The notes under the pieces were generated by a model. The model was not told the DNA's origin. It saw only the letters and a program-made list of their open reading frames with translations, and searched no databases. A stretch of 64,000 nt of DNA from positions 13,206,001 through 13,270,000 of the forward strand of contig NC_135898.1 of NCBI RefSeq assembly GCF_964194155.1, in the 5' to 3' direction. Source of the DNA: Cetorhinus maximus (lineage: Eukaryota). Of the stretch, positions 26,101 through 36,400 are shown piece after piece (position 1 is the stretch's first letter; each line of letters starts with the position of its first letter). Position numbers and translations under genes: made by a program.

Positions 26101-29100
26101 ATAAAAATAGGGAAGTCTTGCTAAAACTATACAAGGCGCGAGTAAGACCACACCTAGAATACTATGAACAACTTTGGTCCCCTTATCTAAGGAAAGATAT
26201 ACTGGCATTGGAGGCAGTCCAGAGAAGGTTCACTAGGTTGATCCCAGGTATGGAGGGATTTTCTTATGAGGAGAGGTTGAGTAGGTTGGGCCTGTACTCA
26301 TTGGAATTTAGAAGAATGAGAGGCGACTTTATTGAAACATATAAGATTCTTAGGGGCTTGACAGGGTAGATGCTGAGAGGTTGTTTCCCCTTGTGAGAGA
26401 GTCTAGGACCAGATGGCATAATCTCAGAGTAAGGGGGCACCCATTTAAACCAGAGATGAGGAGGAATTTCTTCTCCCAGAGGGTAGTCAATCTGTAAAAT
26501 TCTCTACTGCAGAGGGCTGTAGAGACTGCGTTGTTAAGTATATTCAAGGCTGAGATAAGACAGATTTTTAATCAGTAAGGGTGTCAAGGGTTATGGGAAA
26601 AAGGTAGGAAAGTGGAGTTGAGGATTATCAGATCAGCCATGATCTCATTGAATGGTGGAGCAGACTCGATTGGCTCGTATGTCTTACGGTCTTAATCAAT
26701 CAAAGTCGACTTGTCAACCAAACAGCACTCTCTTCTCATACAGTATAAATTGTTGTTCCCTTTACAATTGGTATTCTTGCAAATCTGTCCTGATGAGTGC
26801 AAGACGAATAGCTTCAGCAGCATGTCTCTTTTTTTCAGCAATGTTTAACTTAATCTTGTACTTTCCCCAGTTGCTTACATGGCTGAGGTGGCGGGGGAGG
26901 GGGGCGGGGTGAGTGGGTGAAGGAAAATGTTTAGCCATTGCGCTTCAGGCATCATGGTATGCGGCAAGTTTCATGGACTGGCTAATCTTTTCCTACCTTT
27001 CAATTCACAGCTTGTTTCCAGTAGTTGAGAGCTCATGGATATCTCCAATCTGCTTCAAATTACCCTGCCCCATCCTTTCATATGTTTCAACATTTGGTAC
27101 TCACCAATCAGTGCCTTGGATTCCACTTTAACTATAAACAGTTAACATTTTCCAAAATAATGGATGCTATTCAGTGACCAGGTCACAGAATGAAAGCAAA
27201 GTACTACAATTAGCTACGGCTAATAGAGAGGCTGGTGATCGTTTAGCAGCCTGTTTCTCATTAATGTCAATAGCTCCACAGTGGGAAGTCAGTGCAAAGC
27301 GAAGAATTGACCACAGACCAACTTGTAATGGCATTCGTAACTCCTCAGATACTGAAGCAGACCATGTGCAAATGCAGCAAGACCTGGACAATATCCAGGC
27401 TTGGGCTGACAAGTGGCAACATTCACACCACACAAGTGCCAGGCAATGACCATCTCCAACAAGAGAGAATCTAACCATCGCCTCTTGATGTTCAACGGCA
27501 TTACCATCACTGAATTCCCCCACTATCAATATCCTGGGGGTTACCATTGACCAGAAACTGAACTGGACTAGCTATGTAAATACTATGCCTACAAGAGCAG
27601 GTCAGAGGCTAGGAATCCTGTGACGAGTAACTCACCTCCTGACTCCCCAAAGCCTGTCCACAAAGCACAAGCCAGAAGTGTGATGGAATACTCTCCATTT
27701 GCCTGGATGAGCGCAGCTCCAACAATACTCAAGAAGCTTGACACCGTCCAGGACAAAGCAGCCCGCTTGATTGGCACCACATCCATAAACATTCACTCTC
27801 TTCACCACCAATGCACAGTAGCAGCAATGTGCACCATCTACAAGATGCACTGCAGGAATTCACCAAGGCTCCTTCGACAGCACCTTCTAAACCCCAGACC
27901 ACTGCCATCTATAAGGACAAGGGCAGCAGATAGGTGGGAACACCACCACCTGGAACTTCCTCTCCAAGCCACTCACCATCCTGACTTGGAAATATACTAC
28001 CGTTCCTTCACTGTCGCTGGGTCAAAATCCTGGAACTCCCTCCCTAACAGCACTGTGGGTGTACCTACACCACATGGACTGCAGCAGATCAAAAAGGCGG
28101 CTCACCATCACCTTCTCAAGGGCAACTCGGGATGGGCAATAATGCTGGCCCAGTCAGCGAAGCCCACATCCCGTGAATGAATAATAAAAAATAATTTAAT
28201 CATCAATAATAAATCATCTGGACTTTTATTCCCTAATTTATTGCAGACAGGCACATTCTCCACATCCTGTGTCTAACTCCAGGGAGTTTAAAACAGCAGT
28301 CATCCACAATACTTAATTTGCACTCAGGGACATAAATGTCTCATCTTCACTTGTCATATAGTTGATATGTTGATGGCCAGTTGTGATGTTGCTGCGCCAA
28401 CAGCAATCAGTCTGATCAGCCCCAAGTCTTTCTATGGTAGCCAGTGCACAGCACATATCCACCCATTTGTTCAATTAAAAGCAGAAAACTATCTCAAACT
28501 TACCAGACAAGCATAAAAACTGCCTTAGCCCACCCAAGACACTTGTCAGCAATCTGGAGAGGAGTGGAGAGACCATGGCTGATATGATAATCCTCCACTC
28601 CACTTTCCTGATTTTTCCTTATAGCCCTTGAATCCCTTACTGATTATAAATCTGTCTATCTCAGCCTTGAATATATTTAACGACCCAGCCTCTACAGCCC
28701 TCTGCGGTAAAGAATTCCACAGATTGACCACCCTCAGAGAAGAAATTCCTCCTCATCTCTGTCTTAAACAGGTGACCCTTTACTCTGAGATTATGCCCTC
28801 TGGTCCTAGACTCTCCCATAAGGGGAAACAACCTCTCAGCATCTACCCGAGTATATTGTCGGGTTTCCATAGGGAGCCATCTTTGGCTATGAGCCTTAGC
28901 TCTAGGTACGATGCCCAGCTACATTTGGCAACATATTGGTGCAGTTGGTCTAGGATCTTGTTATGACCCTTAATTTGCGCATTCTTAACAAATGGGCAGC
29001 ACCCAGAAAATGTGAGTGAGGGATTTGTTTGGAGCCTCGCATCGTCTGCAGCTTTTAATTGTATTTGGCCCATGCCGAGTTTGGGTCGACCGTATCGGGT

Positions 29101-30423
29101 GCAGGTTACATCATAGTAACACTGTTTACAGAGGGGACAGGGATGTTTCAGAACCAGAGACCGGAGCTGCCTGATCAGAGAAGCTCAACCTTCCATTTGG
29201 TTTGAGCAGCCAGGAATGTATCAGAGATAATCAAACAATAGGGAGGGAAAATAAACCTGTAATGCTGATAAACATAGAACAAAGGCCACACGAACTGAGT
29301 GAGGATTTGCTGTACCCCCTTCACTGAGGTAAATGGTTTGTCAATCCCAGACAGAGCAGTTCGCCTTGGCGAGACCTAAAATTCCAACCTCAACTGCTGG
29401 AGTCTAAATCCACAAGCAGCAGTCACATCAGCACTCAGTGTGCAAATGGGTGCCCCGGGATACACTTAAAACCCTGGATCAAGCCTTCATTGCATTCACA
29501 TCACCAGGGCACTCCTCAGAGATCGCAATAAAAACAGCACAGCAGGCTGCTTAAATGCACATTAACAGTAGACTTTTGACAGGGTTTCTTTCTTTAGCAG
29601 CCTGCACGCTGATCCTTCCTTTCAACGTAACACAAACCATAATTTGACTTACTCGATACGTCTCCCCATTAGTGAGAATATCAATCTCAGCATTTAGCCA
29701 CTTGCGGCCTTGATTTCCAGAGACGGACCACAGCTTGTGCCAGTGAGGAGAGTTCTCGTATTTTAGGAATACATTTAAGGAACCTGCAAGAAAACAAATT
29801 TAGACTCTCCGTTAGCAGGTCTTCCATGCGGCCGATTTTTATGCAGAAATAATCTCCCTGTGGTGTCTTGATGAAAAGGCTTCCATTAAGATAGTGTCAT
29901 TTGCAGTGGATAGGGAGAACCAAAAGCAAATCTAAGATTATACTGCCGCTTTCCCGTCAGTGAGTAACATGCTTATCTATCTGTCTGTGATCTTTCCTCC
30001 TGTTCAGTCCCATCCTGATACACATTGAGGGAAAAATGTTAATCTAAGTCTGGAGTTCCTGCTCCCCACTTGTCATAATATCACACAGTCCATCTCCAGA
30101 AGTGCCCATCACACAGCAGACACAGACCGCTTCTCAACCTCCCTCCTCCCTCTTTCACCGCCCATCACCAAAGTTCAGAGTTACAAATGGCAGTTTTCTC
30201 CACGTCACCTTTTTTTTTTTAAATGGCAACAAGATCAAGTCTGCGAATTATCACAAGTGACGAAGGGAGTCTGCTGTCTGGGTCCCTCGCAACTCACCCA
30301 TGTGTTTCCCAAACATATTGTACCAGAATATCAGGCACTTCTGCCCTCTCAACGGAGGGCTGATGAGTGCTGCCTGCTCCCCACTCTGCCGAGGATACGA
30401 AGCTTCTAGATACAGGTAGCGGC
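23163..30423 (-). CDS. Remaining MAM-domain exons and stop of the ASTL-like gene
   Basis: 30298-30423 [42 protein letters not shown]; 29653-29783 [44 protein letters not shown]; 23163-23318 [27 protein letters not shown]...stop. Confidence 0.9.
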
Positions 30424-33400
30424 CTGCATTTAAAAAAAAAAGGTCAATCAAACCAACCAGCAAACATCATCATAAATCTCACTATCTCTGTACCAAAAAT
30501 GTCTTTCTGACTCTTCACGTTCCCCCACCCTTTTAAAGTTCTTAGTCATCATTCTAAACGTTTACTTTCAAACACTTAAGAATTTTCAATCCTTTTATAA
30601 GATTCCCTTTAACTTTCTCCCAGTGAACACATCCCACATCTTTCATCATAACTTCATCCTTTAATTCCTGGCATCAAACCAGTGAATCCACATTGCATTT
30701 TTCCCAGTGGCCCTGATACAATGCTGTGTGCATCCACCGCCTAACCATCAACCACTCATTCAAACACGGGGTAGGGTAGCAGAGTGGCTATGTTACTGGG
30801 TTTGTAATCCAGGGGCCTGGACTACTAATCTAGAGACACGAGTTCAAATCCCACCAGGGCAGTTTGTGAACTGAATTCAGTTGATCCGATGCTGGGATAA
30901 GAAGCTGCCAGCAGCACTGGTAACCACAAAACTACCAGATTGTTGCAAAAACCCACCTGGTTCATGGTGCCCTTCAAGGAAGGGGAAACCTGTCATCCAT
31001 ACCTGGTCTGCCCTGTAAGAGACTCCAGACCCGGGCCAATGTGGTTGAAAAAAATGACGGGAAGGCTACCAAACATAAATGGCAGCTTTGCTAACATCTA
31101 CAGCCTGTGAATGACTAAATAAAAAAGGGTTCAGAATAAAGGCAAAAATACTGCAGATGGCAGAGATCTGAAATAAAAACAGAAAGTGATGAAAATACTC
31201 AGCAGGTCTGCCAGCATCTGTGGCGAGAGAAGCAGAGTTAACATTTCAAGTTCACGTAAGGGTAATGATAGAGCTAAAGAAACAAAGGATTTGTCCAGAG
31301 TAGGTTGAATAGTAGAATAAAGACATTTGTCTTGACATCATTGTCAATTAATCTCCCCCTCCCTCTAACCTATCTCAGACCTTTCCTTTTGCTCCATCTG
31401 CCCCTCCCTTCTTTATCAACAGCATCAAACCCACCACGCGTTCCTATCTCTCTTCAGTTCTGAAGAGGGGTCAGACGGACTTGAAACGTTAACTCTGCTT
31501 CTCTCTCCACAGATGCGAGAATTGCTGAGTTTTTCCAGTATTTCTGTTTTTATACCTGAAGATGAGGTTGTCTTCTGTCTTTCCAGACCTTAATGAACCT
31601 TATTTCAGGACCTTTTTGTCCTTATTTCCATCCATTGCCTCTGCCCCTGTCCATTTTTAAATATATGAGCTGTCCCCTTCCCACATTTCAATCCCCCAAA
31701 TGCCTCAAACACATTTGATTCTTTCTCACCTCCTTGGCCTTTGCACTGGCCTTTTGTATGGTCCCGTTTTGGTCCAGTTCTTCTTGAGAATATTTGGCGG
31801 CGATGAAGCATCCAGTCAAAGTCATCTGTCGTGGATTGTTCCCAGTCACACAGGCCATGTTCGAAGTCACAGAGCAGTTCCACAGCAAGGCCGCCAAGCA
31901 ATGCTGATGGACTGGGAGATATCATATTCAAAGCATATAAGGGGTTGCTTGCTACAGGGCTGTACCATCTGGTCAAAGTAAATGACGAAACAATGGGCTG
32001 GGTGTCTATGGCACTGATGAATGCAGGGGAGGTAGGCCCTGACAGGGTGACTGAGGGGGGCGCGGACCCCTGCAGGGTGGCCGCAGGGGGCGCGGACCCC
32101 GGCAGGGTGGCCGCAGGGGGCGTGGACACCATCAGGGTGACCGCAGGGGGCGTGGACCCCGGCAGGGTGACCGCAGGGGGCGTGGACCCCGGCAGGGTGA
32201 CCGCAGGGGGCGTGGACCCCGGCAGGGTGACCGCAGGGGGCGTGGACCCCGGCAGGGTGACCGCAGGGGGCGTGGACCCCGGCAGGGTGACCGCAGGGGG
32301 CGTGGACCCCGGCAGGGTGACCGCAGGGGGCGTGGACCCCGGCAGGGTGACCGCAGGGGGCGTGGACCCCGGCAGGGTGACCGCAGGGGGCGTGGACCCC
32401 GGCAGGGTGACCGCAGGGGGCGTGGACCCCGGCAGGGTGACCGCAGGGGGCGTGGACCCCGGCAGGGTGACCGCAGGGGGCGTGGACCCCGGCAGGGTGA
32501 CCGCAGGGGGCGTGGACCCCGGCAGGGTGACCGCAGGGGGCGTGGACCCCGGCAGGGTGACCGCAGGGGGCGTGGACCCCGGCAGGGTGACCGCAGGGGG
32601 CGTGGACCCCGGAAGGGTGACCGCAGGGGGCGTGGACCCCGGCAGGGTGACCGCAGGGGGCGTGGACCCCGGCAGGGTGACCGCAGGGGGCGTGGACCCC
32701 GGCAGGGTGACCGCAGGGGGCGTGGACCCCGGCAGGGTGACCGCAGGGGGCGTGGACCCCGGCAGGGTGACCGCAGGGGGCGTGGACCCCGGCAGGGTGA
32801 CCGCAGGGGGCGTGGACCCCGGCAGGGTGACCGCAGGGGGCGTGGACCCCGGCAGGGTGACCGCAGGGGGCGTGGACCCCGGCAGGGTGACCGCAGGGGG
32901 CGTGGACCCCGGCAGGGTGACCGCAGGGGGCGTGGACCCCGGCAGGGTGACCGCAGGGGGCGTGGACCCCGGCAGGGTGACCGCAGGGGGCGTGGACCCC
33001 GGCAGGGTGACCGCAGGGGGCGTGGACCCCGGCAGGGTGACCGCAGGGGGCGTGGACCCCGGCAGGGTGACCGCAGGGGGCGTGGACCCCGGCAGGGTGA
33101 CCGCAGGGGGCGTGGACCCCGGCAGGGTGACCGCAGGGGGCGTGGACCCCGGCAGGGTGACCGCAGGGGGCGTGGACCCCGGCAGGGTGACCGCAGGGGG
33201 CGTGGACCCCGGCAGGGTGACCGCAGGGGGCGTGGACCCCGGCAGGGTGACCGCAGGGGGCGTGGACCCCGGCAGGGTGACCGCAGGGGGCGTGGACCCC
33301 GGCAGGGTGACCGCAGGGGGCGTGGACCCCGGCAGGGTGACCGCAGGGGGCGTGGACCCCGGCAGGGTGACCGCAGGGGGCGTGGACCCCGGAAGGGTGA

Positions 33401-36400
33401 CCGCAGGGGGCGTGGACCCCGGAAGGGTGACCGCAGGGGGCGTGGACCCCGGCAGGGTGACCGCAGGGGGCGTGGACCCCGGCAGGGTGACCGCAGGGGG
33501 CGCGGACCCCGGCAGGGTGACCGCAGGGGGCACGGACCCCGGCAGGGTGACCGCAGGGGGCGTGGACACCGGCAGGGTGACCGCAGGGGGTGTGGACACC
33601 GGCAGGGTGACTGTAGGGGGCGTGGACCCCGGCAGGGTGACCGCAGGGGGCGTGGACACCGGCAGGGTGACCGTAGGGGGCGTGGACCCCGGCACGGTGA
33701 CCCCAGGGCGGGTGGAATCAGACACAGTGCCCGCTGGGTCTTTGGATTCCGACAGGGCAGCCGCAAGGGGAGTGGAGGTCAGCAGCAATTCTGTAGGGCG
33801 GGTGGACTCCTGCAGAGTGACCGCAGGGCGAGTGGACTGAGGGAGAGGGTCTGCAGCGTTAGTGGACTCTGACATGGTCTTCCCAGGGCGGGTGGATTCC
33901 CACAGCGTCTTCCCAGGGTGGGTGGACTCAGGCAGAGTGCCTGCAGGGTGTGTGGATGCCCAAAGAGTGTCCGCAGAGCGAGTGGATGCTGGAAAGGTCT
34001 CCGCAGGGTGTGTGGACCCCGGCAAGGCGTTCGCAGGGGCAGTAGAGGCCAGCAGCAACTCCACAGGGAGAGTGGGCACAAGCAGTATGTCCGCAGGGGA
34101 ACTGGACTGCAGTAGGATGTCTGCATGAGGAGGCGTGGTTGTCATCAGAGGGTCACTTGATGTAAATGCCTTGTTCCATTCAGCCAAACTATTAGGTTTC
34201 AGGTGAGAAGACAGTCCTTTTTTGTGCAAGGTCACTGTCGGAACTTTTCTCTGAGTGGCCATTCTGATCTGCACACTGGTACTTTGCCCAATATCTGTGG
34301 CAAGAGCTTGAGGTGCTGTGGTGGTGTGAGTTTCTGGGATTATCAACTGTGGAGGCACAGTTGGCACCTTAAATTGACTGGCTAGGATCACTGTTTTCAA
34401 GTGTCCAGTTATGTGTGTCTGGGTGACTGGGGGAAGAATGGGCAATCTTTGATATCTATATTTACTACTTTGACAGGGCATGGTGAGCTGTTTTGGATAA
34501 ATAGTATTGCTCAGAATGGGAGGAAAACTAACTGATGGGAAAGATTGGTGAACAACATTGACTGTTTGTGTGCGTGTGTCTGGTAAATCAGTCCAGCTGA
34601 TTGGTCGAAAACCTTGGCGAACAGTGGTCAATGAGTCAGCCAGAAACGAAACTGACCCATGAGTCCGGTTATCAGTTTTAAGGGCGTGGGGAGTTCTGGG
34701 CAACAATTCAATCGGGCCAAATGAATTTTGGCTTTGTTGGTGGAAAGCTGGTTCCTCGGTCAAGTGGCTGATGCATGCCTTGGAGCAAGCTATAGGTCGT
34801 TGAGTCAGAGTCCGCATGGTCAGTGCAGGAGACATTCTGTGCAGAAGGGAGTGAGTGGTCACCAGGTTTGCGGTCAGACTCTGAGAAAAAGGCAGCTCAG
34901 TTAGAGTGGGAAACAGTGTCTCAACTTTTCCTTTCTGGACACGTGCCACAACAGACAACTCCTCCTGATCCTCAGAAGCTTCAGGTGCAGGTTCCTTTAA
35001 CGCTGCTATGACAGAGGTATTCTGGATGACTGCTGGCACCGACTTAGTTGGCCAGGAAGTGGGTGAGCATGTGCCTAGTAGAAAGCACTCAGGATATCCA
35101 CGGGCAGTGGTCGTGGTCTGGTTTCCTGTCGACCCATTCCCGTTCAAGCTCCTCACTTTCGCTGTTTCAGGATAGATATCCAATAGATATTTCAATCTCC
35201 TCGCGTCTTTAGTTCTTCCAAGTTCATGCAAGGAACCATCTTCATTCAGCATTTGAAGTCATAAGGTGTTTTGGGTGAGGTGAGAGGGGAGGAAATGGAA
35301 CAATTTAAATAGGGATTTGCAACTTTAAAATTTCAGTTCTTCAGGTTTAATGAATTATAGAATAACAGAGAAGGAAGCTGTTTAGCCCACGGTACCTACA
35401 TCAGCTCTTTGCTGAAGCTATCCAATTAGTGCCATCCCCCTCTTCATTCTCCATGGCCTCGTAACCTTTTCCCCATTCAAATATTTATCCAGTTCACTTT
35501 TGAACGTTATCACTGGACCTACTTCCACCTTTTCAGGCAAAGCATTTGAGACCGTAACTCCCAGCATTAAAAAGTATATCTTTCTTTATGTTACCTCTGG
35601 TTTTTTTTGCCCATCACATTAAACCCGCGTTTGCTGGCTGTCCATCCTTTCACTACTGGGAAACAGTTTGTCTCCATTTACACCATCAAAACCCTTCATG
35701 ATTTTGAAACACCTCTGTCAAATCTCCTCCACTCAAAGAGGTACAATCCGGGAGGCTTCAAGTTGAGGAAGAATGCTGAGTGCATTCTGCAATCAGATTG
35801 ACTTTTTTTAGTTGAGGCACTAGCGGGAAAGGCAGCCCGTTGCTGCAGGAAAGAGGGAATAGCTGGCCAGGGCTATTTGTTCCAACCTTTTTGTTCCATC
35901 AGAGCATCACCAGGTGTAGGGCTGCTGCTTGTGAAGAGGTCAGTGGGCCAGAGGAACCCCCTCCCAAAAAACAGGTTAACTGTCCTGAGTTAATGAAAAT
36001 AATTATCTCCTGATACATAGAATAAAGAAGGGGGAAAAAAAGCTATGACGCAAGGCTGTTGTGTGAAGGACATGCAGTGGAATAGAAAGGAATGTGCTAA
36101 ACCACAACTCCTGATGTGCCACAGATATTACACAGTGAAAACCAAATTAGGAGAGTTCCTCTTCAAAGGGCATATAAATCACAAGAGCAAGGCAAGTTTT
36201 CCACTGGCTGTTTTTGAGTATGGATAGTTGTTATGGGATCCATGACCTTCCTTATGCAGAAGGACTTCAGTATCAGCAATCCAGAAAGATATACAAGCAG
36301 CATTCTGTGCCAACATTTAGATATATCTACATACCATTCTCCCTGAACAATGCCATTCTTTATCATACAGATAAAAAGGGTTCACTGTTCATTCAAGATG

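Larger units (their letters stand above)
23700..26842 (+). mobile_element. Penelope-like retroelement (RT + GIY-YIG), decayed, with inverted pseudo-LTR; 3' repeat split by a CR1 insertion
   Basis: [13 protein letters not shown]; [20 protein letters not shown]; YVDDTF (~24716-24733); FLDVLVEK; [17 protein letters not shown] (GIY-YIG-like); HVLEATYI. Segment 23700-23893 is the reverse complement of 25757-25793 joined to 26693-26842. Confidence 0.88.

Noticed and set aside
30770-30860. tRNA gene
   Set aside because: Box A/B motifs are present, but there is no cloverleaf and it continues into a repeated SINE body.
32041-33690. CRISPR-like regular array
   Set aside because: Head-to-tail repeats with no unique spacers, inside a eukaryotic exon.
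31831-33840. 669-aa plus-strand ORF ([10 protein letters not shown])n and 544-aa alternative-frame ORF ([10 protein letters not shown])n at 32132-33766
   Set aside because: By-products of a stop-poor 30-bp repeat. Only the [10 protein letters not shown] frame continues into unique sequence and the MAM domain, and the internal variants are synonymous in that frame.
35170-35215. RLKYLLDIY resembling the LQRLLEAL segment of the human ovastacin tail
   Set aside because: The similarity is too short to distinguish from chance without an alignment.
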